NCBI GenBank assembly: GCA_038046765.1
Contig: JBBSVN010000003.1
Location: 64,001-128,000 of the forward strand
Length of the DNA stretch: 64,000 nucleotides
Source: Candidatus Micrarchaeota archaeon
Lineage (GTDB): Archaea > Micrarchaeota > Micrarchaeia > Anstonellales > Bilamarchaeaceae
Direction of reading: 5' to 3'
Positions 47,311 through 57,327 of this stretch are shown here, piece by piece. Position numbers and translations under genes: made by a program. Below the pieces are notes generated by a model. That model worked only from the letters and a program-made list of their open reading frames with translations, was not told where the DNA came from and searched no databases. Position 1 is the first letter of the stretch; each line of letters starts with the position of its first letter.

Positions 47311-47468
47311 GTGTTTTTCACCATTTGTTATTGTTATCTTTACCAAACGGCGATAATTTATAAATGTATGTGTAAAAATCGAGGAAAGATTCTATAATCC
47401 GCGTATTTTGTAAATAATTCATAAAAAAATAAATAAAAAATAAAAAATATTTTTTTGACAATATAAAA

Positions 47469-47831
47469 CTAGAACTTAAAAATAAATTTTAAAATAAAAA
47501 AGAGGATAAGAATTGCAAATATAAAAATTACACCTTCCTTGAACCAGCTATTGATGCTAGTTTTAGTTACGGTCTTTACAAAATCCACGACCTTTTCCTC
47601 ACCGATTTTTTGTTTTAGGATTTTTATAAGTTCATCTCCTTCTTTTAAACTTAATCTAATATACCTTGTTTTGGAATCAAAATGAACATAAAAATCATAG
47701 ACGAGTGTCCCTAACCGCGTACTAGCACGATAAAGCTCCACGCTAGTTATTTTTTTATAAGGAACTTCAGTTCGATTTAATCCTAAAATATCTGAAACAA
47801 AAACTGATTTTTCATTAAAGTCTTTTGCCAT
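47469..47831 (-). CDS. PH-like domain plus C-terminal TM protein
   Basis: Architecture resembles the C-terminal half of 41601-42209. Confidence 0.55.
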   Translation of the reverse strand: MAKDFNEKSVFVSDILGLNRTEVPYKKITSVELYRASTRLGTLVYDFYVHFDSKTRYIRLSLKEGDELIKILKQKIGEEKVVDFVKTVTKTSINSWFKEGVIFIFAILILFFILKFIFKF

Positions 47832-47834
47832 ATT

Positions 47835-48329
47835 CTAAACCTTCAAATAAGCTTTATTAATAACAACCGCTTCGACAGGCCAGTCATCGTGCATTCCATT
47901 TCTTTTTGTTTTAACTTTTTTTATTTCATCTACTACTTCCTTGCCAGAAACTACTTCGCCAAATGCGGCATAGCCTGGATTGCTTGGGCTGTAATTTAAA
48001 GATGAGTTACTAGTTACATTAATAAAAAACTGAGCCGTTGCACTATTTGGCTGGTCTGTTCGTGCCATTGCAATAGTATATTTATCATTTTTAACTCCGT
48101 TTTTTGATTCAAGCATAATTGGTTTTCTTGAAACTTTTTTTTCTTTTCCATCAAAAGTATAACCACCACCTTGGATCATAAAGTTAGAGATTACACGGTG
48201 AAAAATCGTTCCATTGAAGTGCCCTTCTTTTACATAAGCTAAAAAATTTTGAACAGTAATCGGAGATCTACCTTCAAATAGTTCAATTTCAATATTTCCT
48301 TTAGTTGTTTCTAAAACTACATTAACCAA
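47835..48329 (-). CDS. Cyclophilin-type peptidyl-prolyl isomerase
   Basis: FHRVISNFMIQGGG, IAMART, SATAQFFIN. Likely TTG start after AGGTGA. Confidence 0.95.
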   Translation of the reverse strand: MVNVVLETTKGNIEIELFEGRSPITVQNFLAYVKEGHFNGTIFHRVISNFMIQGGGYTFDGKEKKVSRKPIMLESKNGVKNDKYTIAMARTDQPNSATAQFFINVTSNSSLNYSPSNPGYAAFGEVVSGKEVVDEIKKVKTKRNGMHDDWPVEAVVINKAYLKV

Positions 48330-48380
48330 AATAATCACCTAAATCAAGAGTTATTTACTAAATTAATTTATATAAAGGAT

Positions 48381-49043
48381 TTATAATGAATATACTCTAC
48401 TCGCATCATGTTCAACTGGATTAAGATGAAAGACATTTGACAAAGTAAGATGATCAGACACTAAATCCAAAATACGTACAACATACGGTAAACTAGTTGT
48501 GGAAGGTTTTGCCAGATCAACTAAATATAACTGTTCACTCAGTTCAACTACATTAAACGCGTATGATAGATCTTCAAATTGACTTTGATTTGATTTACCT
48601 AAGATAAGGTAACTATGAATTCCTTGTATTTGAAGCGCAAGTTGGAATATTAATGATTTTTCTAAATCTTTACCTTGAGGAACTTCCATATTTTGACCTA
48701 GAAAAATCCTCCATAATGGAAGAACACAAATATTTTGTTCGTTATTGACTCCGTGTTTGACAAAAAGATAATTTAATGTATGGTCTAAAACAGGTTCTTT
48801 TACTGTTCGATTAATCATAAAATAAATAAAAAGAATCTGATCTCTTAAGGAAAGTATAGATTTAATTCTTGGACAAAAGGATTTTATCAATGGTTCAGAT
48901 ATGGCATCGTAAGAATAAGCTGCGTAATCGCTCTTTGGTATAAGGTCACCAATTTTTATTTGAGAGAATACTGCTTTTGGACTTCGATAATCAGCAACTG
49001 CCCTACTTGAAAGAATATTTCTGATATGGGCGATTTTTTCCAT
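48381..49043 (-). CDS. Transglutaminase-like fold, apparently lacking catalytic Cys/His
   Basis: GKDLEKS...QGIHSYLI.G...YAFNVV...YLVD. Confidence 0.5.
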   Translation of the reverse strand: MEKIAHIRNILSSRAVADYRSPKAVFSQIKIGDLIPKSDYAAYSYDAISEPLIKSFCPRIKSILSLRDQILFIYFMINRTVKEPVLDHTLNYLFVKHGVNNEQNICVLPLWRIFLGQNMEVPQGKDLEKSLIFQLALQIQGIHSYLILGKSNQSQFEDLSYAFNVVELSEQLYLVDLAKPSTTSLPYVVRILDLVSDHLTLSNVFHLNPVEHDASRVYSL

Positions 49044-49177
49044 AGATTAATAGTATTAACAACGTTTTTTAAACAATATAGATACAATTTTTAACACACT
49101 ATTTTTTCTTATTTTTAGAATTTAAATTTTGAGTATTATCTAAATGGTCCTTTTTGAGTATAAAGTTTTGATTTACC

Positions 49178-49309
49178 CTAGTCTTTACTAAATAGTTTTG
49201 TTACGATTTTAACCCCAGATGGACCGATACTAGAACTTATATTCGTTTTACTTAGATTAATGCTAAGTCCTGGAAAAGTAGACTGTTTCTTCAAAAATGA
49301 GAACTCCAT
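49178..49309 (-). pseudogene. Frameshifted DUF4236-like fragment
   Basis: MEFSFLKKQSTFPGLSINLSK, one-base shift, then ISSSIGPSGVKI. Confidence 0.55.
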
Positions 49310-49317
49310 AAGAAATA

Positions 49318-50121
49318 TCATCGTCTTTTGGATTTTTTAATCTTTGATTTTTGTCTTGGCTTATATAATGTTTTGATAACTGTTTCTGTTTGGGGAGCAG
49401 AAGTATTAAGTTCATCAATTTTCTTATGAATTTCTGTTAAAAGTTCTGAAACATTCTCTTTTGGTTTTTCATCGATCGTAGTTTGTTTTGTTTTTATATC
49501 ATCTAATGCTTGTGTGTGCTGAGTAATGATTTCAGCATTTTTATGAAGCCGATCTGCGATAGCTCCTAGTTTTTCGTTTAGTCCCTTTAATTCTTCTATC
49601 ATTATTTCATGAGAGTCCGCATGTTTTGTTTCAATATCTCTTGCTTTTTTACTCATAAATACTAGGGAATTTGTGAGTTCATGATAATTGCTTACACCTG
49701 GAATAGTTATGTCTTTTTCAACAACAAAATGCGCAGCAGTCTCAATATGCAGTGTAGCCAGACCAAACAAAACCTCATAAGTATTTCTTGAAATAGTAAC
49801 GTTCTGAATTTTATCATATGGAACAATATAATCAAGCCTTTCAATTATACCTTTACGAATGATAAGATCCTTTTCCCTTAACGCATAGCTAAAACGAGCG
49901 TACTTGAAATGAACGTAAAGATATGGGATAATCAGTGCAGCTATTGCAACAAGAAATAATTCAATACTATTTTGAGGAAGTAAAAGAGATGCGATAAAAA
50001 GTCCAATAATAATTGGTACAAACAAAGCGATTTTTTCTAAATACCAAACGATCTTTATTTTTGGACTTAATAAGTTAGAAGTAACCTGAGCATCTAAAGG
50101 AGAATTAACACCATTTGCCAT
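49318..50121 (-). CDS. Bacterial PH-domain (YdbS-like) membrane protein with coiled-coil tail
   Basis: IRKGII...VPYDKIQNV...FGLATLHIETA. Confidence 0.85.
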   Translation of the reverse strand: MANGVNSPLDAQVTSNLLSPKIKIVWYLEKIALFVPIIIGLFIASLLLPQNSIELFLVAIAALIIPYLYVHFKYARFSYALREKDLIIRKGIIERLDYIVPYDKIQNVTISRNTYEVLFGLATLHIETAAHFVVEKDITIPGVSNYHELTNSLVFMSKKARDIETKHADSHEIMIEELKGLNEKLGAIADRLHKNAEIITQHTQALDDIKTKQTTIDEKPKENVSELLTEIHKKIDELNTSAPQTETVIKTLYKPRQKSKIKKSKRR

Positions 50122-50182
50122 ACTAATCTTTTGTTAATAAGTGTTTAAATAATATAACTAAGATTTATGTTTGGTGATAATA

Positions 50183-50350
50183 ATGGCAGTTTTAGAATGT
50201 TCAAATAATTGTGGCTCGAAAGTAGAATCAAATCGATGCTGTGGAGAACCGATGAACTTAGTTGATGAAAATCTTAAATGTAATGATTGCGGTAAGCACG
50301 TTAGTGCAAATCGTTGCTGCGGAAAAACGATGAACGAAAAGAAACAATAA
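50183..50350 (+). CDS. 55-aa tandem desulforedoxin-like metal-binding protein
   Basis: Not in track. GGTGA RBS; two Cx2-3CG-x7-CCGxxM units. Confidence 0.8.
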   Translation: MAVLECSNNCGSKVESNRCCGEPMNLVDENLKCNDCGKHVSANRCCGKTMNEKKQ

Positions 50351-50387
50351 ACAAAAATATTTCTTTTAATTTTTGAACTATCTTTTT

Positions 50388-50837
50388 CTATCTTTTTAAT
50401 TCCCGTATTTTTTTTGCAAAGTCAGTTACATCTTCAAACTCATGGTAAACGCTTGCAAAACGAACATATGCAACTTTATCAAGACGTTTTAGTCTCTTCA
50501 TAACCATTTCTCCTATTTCTCTGCTCTGTATTTCTGTTTTTTCCATTTTTCTTAGTTCTCTTTCGATATCATCGACAAGAGATTCCATTTGTTCCGTAGT
50601 TACCGATCGTTTTTCGCAGGATGCCATAATCCCCTTAAAGATTTTTTCATAGGAAAAAGGTTGCTTCTCACCATTCTTCTTAATTACAAATAAGTCAAGC
50701 ATTTCAATTCGCTCATAAGTAGTAAAACGTTTTTTACACTTTATACATTCTCTTCTTCTTCTTATTGAATCCTTAGAAGTTGTTTCTCTGGAATCTAATA
50801 CCTCAGTTTTAGAATTGGAACAATAAGGACAATGCAT
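50388..50837 (-). CDS. nrdR: Transcriptional repressor NrdR
   Basis: MHCPYC...VLDSR...IRRRREC..C..RFTTYE, ATP cone, VAYVRFASVY. Confidence 0.96.
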   Translation of the reverse strand: MHCPYCSNSKTEVLDSRETTSKDSIRRRRECIKCKKRFTTYERIEMLDLFVIKKNGEKQPFSYEKIFKGIMASCEKRSVTTEQMESLVDDIERELRKMEKTEIQSREIGEMVMKRLKRLDKVAYVRFASVYHEFEDVTDFAKKIRELKR

Positions 50838-50902
50838 ATTATAGACTCTTATTAAATGAATAAAAAGGTTTGGCTAAGGAAGAAAAAATGAAAGAGAAGT
50901 GC

Positions 50903-51154
50903 TTAACGAGAAAATGAACATGCTACCCGTCTTGTTCGAACTTTATCTAATCGCATAGGGCAAGTTTCTGCGAGCATCGCTGCATCACGCATAGTAAGTT
51001 TTGCACGAGATCGTAAATCCGTAATTGACATATTTTTTGGGTGTCTAGTTCTAGATTCAGAAGTACATTCTTCTGCTCTTTCTCTAAGCTTTCGCGCAAA
51101 GCCAGCCAGCTTCTCTCGAACATCAAAATAATAGGAATCGTTTATATTACACAT
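50903..51154 (-). CDS. Hypothetical protein
   Basis: ORF only. Confidence 0.5.
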   Translation of the reverse strand: MCNINDSYYFDVREKLAGFARKLRERAEECTSESRTRHPKNMSITDLRSRAKLTMRDAAMLAETCPMRLDKVRTRRVACSFSR

Positions 51155-51199
51155 ATCAATCACAGCATTTTATTAAAACAAACAAAATAAAAAGATAAG

Positions 51200-52024
51200 T
51201 TAAACCGTATTTTTAGGTTTAAAAGCACCTTGTAATTCATCAGGATTAAACAGAACAGCATTACCCGTGTTTACGTATTTGTAAAGTTCAACTACGAATA
51301 TACTTTGTAATGTACTTTCAACTAAGAATACTGCAACTAGGTAAACAATACCAATCACTAATACCGGCAAGAATAATATTCCAGTAAATGCGCTTAACAT
51401 AATTGCACCAATTCCAATCAGGTAAAGTATAAAGAAAACAACTCCAATTCCAAAACCAGCAGTTACTGCTTGTCCCCAGCCTTTTTTGATTAGTTCAACG
51501 GATCTTTGTATTGCAGTTATTGGATTTACATTTTCAAATACGATTACTGGGATTACAAAGAATGTCGCTAGAGACCAAACCATTCCGATTGCATTTACTA
51601 CTAAACTTGCAATAAGTCCGCCTATTCCCCTTTGCTTGTTTGCTTCTCCTCTTAAAAAACTTAGGATCATTCCTACGGTTGCTGCGATTGCGGCCCAGCC
51701 AATTATGTTTAAGATTCTTGTAAATGAAAACGAAATACTTTCCATTAGTGAAACTGGTTTTCCTTCGATTTTATTATTAACTGCATGAACTAAAGAAGTG
51801 TTAAAGAAGATAATTACAAAGTAGGATAGGAAATAGAATATTGCCGAAAATAGAATTAATGGTGCATCAGAATTGAAAACGAATATTGGTGCGATAAAAG
51901 ACAGTAATAAAGCGATAAGAAATATCCCGCTTATTAATGGAAAGAATAAGAGCTTCTTTTCGCTCATTAAAACATCAAAGCTTTTTTTAACAATTACGAA
52001 TGATTTTGTAAAGTTTTCAAACAT
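51200..52024 (-). CDS. Multi-TM membrane protein (DUF6159-like)
   Basis: KKLLFFPLISG, IIFFN, WAAIAATVG, WSLATFFVIPV...E, W. Confidence 0.75.
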   Translation of the reverse strand: MFENFTKSFVIVKKSFDVLMSEKKLLFFPLISGIFLIALLLSFIAPIFVFNSDAPLILFSAIFYFLSYFVIIFFNTSLVHAVNNKIEGKPVSLMESISFSFTRILNIIGWAAIAATVGMILSFLRGEANKQRGIGGLIASLVVNAIGMVWSLATFFVIPVIVFENVNPITAIQRSVELIKKGWGQAVTAGFGIGVVFFILYLIGIGAIMLSAFTGILFLPVLVIGIVYLVAVFLVESTLQSIFVVELYKYVNTGNAVLFNPDELQGAFKPKNTV

Positions 52025-52071
52025 AAATAATCGCCTCCTGATAGGATTATACTAGTAAGAAATTTAAAGGA

Positions 52072-52464
52072 TTACTTGATACACTCTCTAAGTTCTAAAT
52101 AGATGTTTTGATCTCTTATTTCATTGACTTTTATTTGATAAGTATCTTGATCAGAACCTAATACATGAAAAGAAACACCAAGAACAGTAGAATTGTTCTT
52201 TACTGAATAAACTTTGTATGGTACTCCTATTTGGATTGCAGGATCAATGGGAGAAGTAGCGAGTTTTGTTAACGTTCTTTTTTCATCAACAATGTTTTTA
52301 TCTATAGGAACTTCTTTTCTAGTTAAAAATTCGATAAAGTTCCCTTTAACGCAGTGTGCTTCACTATTAAATCTTCTTATATCTTCAGAAAAAGGTTTTT
52401 GACAGCAAAAGAATAAAGCGGCAGATAAAACCAAGGAAGATGGCTTTGTAGATTTAAATCGCAT
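52072..52464 (-). CDS. Hypothetical (lipo)protein
   Basis: Signal-like N-terminus with Cys. Confidence 0.55.
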   Translation of the reverse strand: MRFKSTKPSSLVLSAALFFCCQKPFSEDIRRFNSEAHCVKGNFIEFLTRKEVPIDKNIVDEKRTLTKLATSPIDPAIQIGVPYKVYSVKNNSTVLGVSFHVLGSDQDTYQIKVNEIRDQNIYLELRECIK

Positions 52465-52497
52465 AAGTAATAAATAGAAATAAAAGATAATAAAAAA

Positions 52498-53298
52498 TTA
52501 ACGACCCAACTTTTTAATCAATAAATCGTCAATTTTATGACTTGGCTTTCTTGGTTGTGGTTCGATTTGTTTTCGTCTTAAACTTCTAAATGGATCTGGT
52601 AAATCAAACACATCTCTTTTGCTAGAAATTCCAAAGGCATCAGGCTTATAAGTGGTTGAAGTTTCTTCTAATATTCTTGCTAATTTGTCGGCTAAACAAT
52701 CAACTGGACTTTCGTGTCTTGATTTAGTTGCTAATTCCAGCGGTTGCATTAAATCAATTAGTGTATTTTTATATGCTGTAATAAATATTCTATGTTCTTC
52801 GATTCTTGGTCTAGGATTTCTATTATTTGCAGTTCTTTCTAAATCATCTAAAAGCTTTGTTAAACCACCTATCCCAAGTTCTGCAACTGAAAACGCAGAA
52901 AAACAGGTTGATAAAGTTGACCTGGGTTTTATTGCGTCTAGCAAAATTCTTAATTCGTAATCTACCGACCCAGCATTTTGAACCGTATAATGCTCACCTA
53001 TTTTTACCATATTTGCGCTAACTGCTGGTCTTTGCCTGTCAATTGGTGAATTAGAATATTCTTTTGGTTGATGTAAGTTCACTACAAAATCAGAATTATC
53101 TGGGATGTCATGAAACCCAAGGGTTTGAGAAAAATAACTGTATGATACAGCACTAGGGTAAACGCTTTCTAATAATTTCTGAATGTGTTTAGCCTCTAAT
53201 TCTCCTGAACGAGCAAAAATTTCAAATGGTACAAACTGCCCGTCAATTAAACAAGTTCCGCTAAAACAATCTTTCATAGAATAGTCTTTTGTTGCCAT
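52498..53298 (-). CDS. Hypothetical protein
   Basis: GGTGA RBS; 266-aa ORF. Confidence 0.65.
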   Translation of the reverse strand: MATKDYSMKDCFSGTCLIDGQFVPFEIFARSGELEAKHIQKLLESVYPSAVSYSYFSQTLGFHDIPDNSDFVVNLHQPKEYSNSPIDRQRPAVSANMVKIGEHYTVQNAGSVDYELRILLDAIKPRSTLSTCFSAFSVAELGIGGLTKLLDDLERTANNRNPRPRIEEHRIFITAYKNTLIDLMQPLELATKSRHESPVDCLADKLARILEETSTTYKPDAFGISSKRDVFDLPDPFRSLRRKQIEPQPRKPSHKIDDLLIKKLGR

Positions 53299-53372
53299 AT
53301 AATCACCACAATAATAACAATATTACAACAAAAGAGTTTATAAAGATTGCGTTTATCCTTGGATTATCATTT

Positions 53373-54857
53373 TTAATCAACTAACATCAATCCGGGGTCT
53401 TCCAGATGAGATTTAACCATATTGGCAAACCTTGCAGCCTGCGCTCCATCAATTAATCGATGATCGAAAGTAACAGTGAAATTAAGCATTTTTCTAACTC
53501 GAATTTCGCCATTACGAACTACTGGGCGATCCTCCATCTTATAAATTCCTAAAATCGCAACTTCAGGATAGTTTATTATTGGAGTAGCAAATACACCCCC
53601 AACGCTTCCTATGTTCGTAATCGTAAATGTTCCACCTTTCATTTCATCTAGAGTTAATTTCCTAGCTCTAGCTTTTTCTGCTAGATCATTAATCTCTTTA
53701 GCTACTTCCATAACTGTTTTTCTATTTGCATTTTTAATTACTGGAACAAGTAATCCTTCAGGGGTATCAACTGCAACTCCTACATTGTAGTATTTTTTAA
53801 AAACAATTTCGCCTTTTTGATCATCGATGCTTGCATTAAAATCAGGGAAGTTTTTAAGCGCGGAAACTGCTGCTTTCAAGATAAATGATAAGTAAGTTAG
53901 TTTTATTCCCTTTTGTGCTGCGATTGCCTTACTTCTTTCTCTAATACTTACTAGTTCAGTAACATCTGCTTCTTCCATATGTGTAACATGAACTGCAGTT
54001 CTTGCGCTAGTTACCATGTGGTCAGAGATTATTTTTCTTATTCCCTTAAATGCTACTCGCTCGACTTCACCATCTACGGTTACGCTCATTTGTTTTGGAA
54101 CTTGATTTTGTGCTGGAGCTGTTTGCGCAATCGAAGATAAGAACGATGATTCGCTTACCGAAGGTTGTGATTGAACAATTTGAACTTGAGGTTGCTGTAC
54201 TTGAACAGTTTGAGTAGTTTGTTGTGCTTGCATTGTTTGTGCTTGTACTATTGGTTGCTGCACTGGAGCTCCTGCGGCTTTTTTAACATCTTGTTCAGTA
54301 ATTCTTCCATTATCCCCGCTTCCAATTACCATTTCTAAATCTACACCTAACTCGCGTGCGATTTTACGAACAAACGGTGTTGCTTGCACATGGCCTGGTT
54401 TAGTAGTTACTGCTGGAATTGGTTTAATTTGATCGGGTGCTGCTTTTTGCTCAATCTTTGGCTGTTCGTGAATTGGTTGTATTTGAACGATTGGTTCAAT
54501 AGGCTGAATTTGTACCGGTGCTTGTTTTGGTTGCTGAACTTGTGGAGCTGTTTGTGACTGTGTTGGTGCTGCTTGAACTGATGCATGTATTGGTGCGCTT
54601 GTTCCTTGATACGTTTCACCTGGTTGCCCTATAACCATGAAGACTTTTCCAACATGAGTAACTTCTCCTTCTTTTCCAAATAATTTAAGCATTATACCCG
54701 CTTTTGGAGAGGGCATTTCAACTACTGCTTTATCAGTTTCTAAATCTGCGATAACTTGATCTGCTTTAACAGTATCTCCTTCTTTAACATGCCATTTTTT
54801 TATTATTCCTTCGTGAATACCTTCTCCTAAATCTGGCAATTTAAATTCATAAACCAT
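53373..54857 (-). CDS. pdhC: 2-oxoacid (pyruvate) dehydrogenase E2, dihydrolipoamide acyltransferase
   Basis: Lipoyl ETDKA, E3-binding ATPFVRKIARE, DHRLIDG; Gln/Pro-rich linkers. Confidence 0.93.
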   Translation of the reverse strand: MVYEFKLPDLGEGIHEGIIKKWHVKEGDTVKADQVIADLETDKAVVEMPSPKAGIMLKLFGKEGEVTHVGKVFMVIGQPGETYQGTSAPIHASVQAAPTQSQTAPQVQQPKQAPVQIQPIEPIVQIQPIHEQPKIEQKAAPDQIKPIPAVTTKPGHVQATPFVRKIARELGVDLEMVIGSGDNGRITEQDVKKAAGAPVQQPIVQAQTMQAQQTTQTVQVQQPQVQIVQSQPSVSESSFLSSIAQTAPAQNQVPKQMSVTVDGEVERVAFKGIRKIISDHMVTSARTAVHVTHMEEADVTELVSIRERSKAIAAQKGIKLTYLSFILKAAVSALKNFPDFNASIDDQKGEIVFKKYYNVGVAVDTPEGLLVPVIKNANRKTVMEVAKEINDLAEKARARKLTLDEMKGGTFTITNIGSVGGVFATPIINYPEVAILGIYKMEDRPVVRNGEIRVRKMLNFTVTFDHRLIDGAQAARFANMVKSHLEDPGLMLVD

Positions 54858-54961
54858 AGTGTAGCACCTAATTATCCTAGTTATAATCGAATAAGTATTA
54901 CATTAGAATTCGGAAGAAAAGGTTAAAAAGGGTGAAGATGAATTTATGGGAAATGACGAAA

Positions 54962-55201
54962 TTAGAATTTCTTACCATAATAAAGTTCTAAGAATTCATC
55001 TCGTGTTAAATTTGCTTGTTTTATTATACTAAGAAGCGTTCCTATTGCTAATTCTCTATGAAGAGGAACTACTGGTCTAAACTTCCCCTTTTCATCTTCC
55101 CTGAACATAATTACATGACTACCTGTTTGATCTAATTGTCTAAACCCAAGTTTACCTAGAATTTTTATAACTTCTAAACCTGAAACTATTGGCAGTTTCA
55201 T
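54962..55201 (-). CDS. hicA: HicA toxin
   Basis: QTGSHV...VPLHRELAIGTL. Confidence 0.92.
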   Translation of the reverse strand: MKLPIVSGLEVIKILGKLGFRQLDQTGSHVIMFREDEKGKFRPVVPLHRELAIGTLLSIIKQANLTRDEFLELYYGKKF

Positions 55202-55203
55202 TT

Positions 55204-55425
55204 TTACACCGTAATTGTTGCAATCATCGGTTCTTGTCTGTGAAGAGATTTTAATTGTTCTACCTCTTCTTTATCTGCATGTTTAAGGTATAATCCTACA
55301 GCATCTTTTAAATTTTTTAGTGCTTCTTCTACATTTTCTCCTTGGCTTGTAATTTGAAGTTCTACACAGTGAGCAACGTACCATTTATCTTCTTTTTCTA
55401 TGATTGCAGATAATTTGTAATCCAT
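55204..55425 (-). CDS. hicB: HicB antitoxin
   Basis: YVAHCVEL..TSQGENVEEALKNL. Confidence 0.9.
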   Translation of the reverse strand: MDYKLSAIIEKEDKWYVAHCVELQITSQGENVEEALKNLKDAVGLYLKHADKEEVEQLKSLHRQEPMIATITV

Positions 55426-55477
55426 TTTTACACCTGATTTATTTAAATCAAACCGTCTTTATAACCTTTTTGTATCT

Positions 55478-56011
55478 TTATTTTTCCGTTCTAAAACTAA
55501 ATCTATCGATAGAATATGCTAAACCTACGCCTAACCCATACGCAAGAAAATCTTTAGGATCATAAGTTCCACCAAGAACATGATATTTTTGCCCAATTTC
55601 CATAATACTTGGAAGTAGAAGCCAAAATGCTGAAGTAGTAAGTGGAGTCTTACCAATTAGAAAAAACCTTGGACTTGAAATTGTTTCGTCAAAAGCGTTA
55701 TGAATACCTTTTTGTTTATTTATTTTTAATATTTGTTTAAGTAAGTACATGCTTCTAGTAAGATTATAAGAAACAAATGGAAGCGCGACATCAAAGAATT
55801 GACCTCGTATAGATGGCGGCAATTTTAATGAAGTTTTTAATTGAATGAACCGACCAACAAAATAAAAGGCTACAGCTGTTAAACCAATTCGAATGAACCT
55901 TTTTTGTTGTAATAATGTTTTTTTATGTTCTAGGAGATCTTGCTTAGATAAGGGACTAGGATTACGCTGTCGATCAACTCTTTCCTTAAATTTTCTTAAT
56001 GATTTTTGCAT
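55478..56011 (-). CDS. Membrane hypothetical protein
   Basis: EIGQ...GGTYDPKDFLAYGLG motif. Confidence 0.65.
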   Translation of the reverse strand: MQKSLRKFKERVDRQRNPSPLSKQDLLEHKKTLLQQKRFIRIGLTAVAFYFVGRFIQLKTSLKLPPSIRGQFFDVALPFVSYNLTRSMYLLKQILKINKQKGIHNAFDETISSPRFFLIGKTPLTTSAFWLLLPSIMEIGQKYHVLGGTYDPKDFLAYGLGVGLAYSIDRFSFRTEK

Positions 56012-56017
56012 AAATTT

Positions 56018-56401
56018 TCACTTTCGATCTACAATAAACCTCCAGCCTTCTTGGCAATATATTGGCAGCGGAAGTTTATCATGATAGCCAACTATCCTAA
56101 TACAAGTAACATCTACAATTTCAATAGTTTTTGCATCACAGGTAACCTGGTAACGAATATCGCGTATTTCTTCATCTGCAGTTAAAACTTGTTTTTCAGG
56201 TTTAATTGCATCGCAGGTTCGATTAGCAAAACTAGTCATTGACTCTACCTTTCTTTTAGCTAATTCTTCTAACTGTTGATTTATTTTCGCAAATGATAAA
56301 AGAACTCTTTCTTCTTCCGTCAATGGAGTTTGTTTTTTAGGACTACTTGCACAGCCTAATACAAGAGAACTCGCAAAAATTACTTTTTGAAGCATTTTCA
56401 T
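56018..56401 (-). CDS. Putative lipoprotein
   Basis: LVLGC signal. Confidence 0.6.
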   Translation of the reverse strand: MKMLQKVIFASSLVLGCASSPKKQTPLTEEERVLLSFAKINQQLEELAKRKVESMTSFANRTCDAIKPEKQVLTADEEIRDIRYQVTCDAKTIEIVDVTCIRIVGYHDKLPLPIYCQEGWRFIVDRK

Positions 56402-56435
56402 ATAGTTATTATGTTACAATAAGTTTATAAAGATG

Positions 56436-56702
56436 CTAATTAAGTGATTTCTTCTTTCCTTTCGTATTTAAACCAATCAAAACGTTCAACATCGCAATCA
56501 GAGTCGCAACAACATTCAATGCTAAGAAGATTAAGTCGCCAAGTAAATAACTGTAAACTGCCAAGCATAGACTTCCTAATGAATAAAGAATACTAAATGA
56601 AAGGGGAAGATTAGATTTTCTTGTTTTAACTAAATTATAAGTTTCGTAAATCCACCCGATCAAAATTAAAGATAAACCAACAATCCCTAAAAGTTCAAAC
56701 AT
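56436..56702 (-). CDS. 3-TM PQ-loop/SemiSWEET-like protein
   Basis: Three hydrophobic helices; D.IF..LN pattern. Confidence 0.6.
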   Translation of the reverse strand: MFELLGIVGLSLILIGWIYETYNLVKTRKSNLPLSFSILYSLGSLCLAVYSYLLGDLIFLALNVVATLIAMLNVLIGLNTKGKKKSLN

Positions 56703-56704
56703 AC

Positions 56705-57220
56705 TTATTTTTCACCATAGGAATTTATTAACGTTTCAAAACGCACAGCAGCAGCATTATTTCTTAATTTAAGGTGCATCTCTAAAAAGGAGTGTAACGT
56801 ATGTCCTTGATCAGTTGTAAGATCTTTTCTTGCACTATGTTCTAATAATAATTTAGCGTAATGTTCGAGCAACTCAAATGCACAAAACATTAAAGGGGTA
56901 ATTCCTATTGAACCGTCCCTCTGGTCTGGATCTGCACCTCTTTCTAGTAAAAGTTTAAATGATTCAAATTGACGCTCTAGTATTGCAACAATTAATGTCG
57001 GAGCATCTTCTCTATAATTATTATAATTTTCACCAGTTTCATCATAAGTATTTCTTGTATTCACATTTGCCCCTTGATCTAAAAGATTTTTCATCCCAGT
57101 TAGATGCCCGTTTCTTGTAGCATCAAGAAGAGCTCGATTTAGGGCTCTTTTTAGATCTACAGGTAGAACACGCGCAGTTGTTTTAGGTAAAGCAAGAACT
57201 AATTGATGAGCAGATGACAT
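56705..57220 (-). CDS. Ankyrin-repeat protein
   Basis: LLDQGANVN, LLERGADPD, TPLM. Confidence 0.85.
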   Translation of the reverse strand: MSSAHQLVLALPKTTARVLPVDLKRALNRALLDATRNGHLTGMKNLLDQGANVNTRNTYDETGENYNNYREDAPTLIVAILERQFESFKLLLERGADPDQRDGSIGITPLMFCAFELLEHYAKLLLEHSARKDLTTDQGHTLHSFLEMHLKLRNNAAAVRFETLINSYGEK

Positions 57221-57327
57221 AAAAATCGTTAAATAGATGATGTATCGATTAATTAATAAAAGTTAAATGAAACTACAGAAAGAAAATAATAGTATCAGAA
57301 ATTAATAATAAAAAATAATAAAATAAA

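Noticed and set aside
1426..56084. Numerous 60-160 aa track ORFs antisense to or nested in long genes
   Set aside because: Shadow ORFs of well-supported genes, without RBS or motifs.
55478..56401. Readthrough fusion of 56018-56401 and 55478-56011 (same frame, TGA AAA TTT ATG)
   Set aside because: The second ORF has its own ATG behind an RBS-like AAGTGA, and each ORF looks complete.
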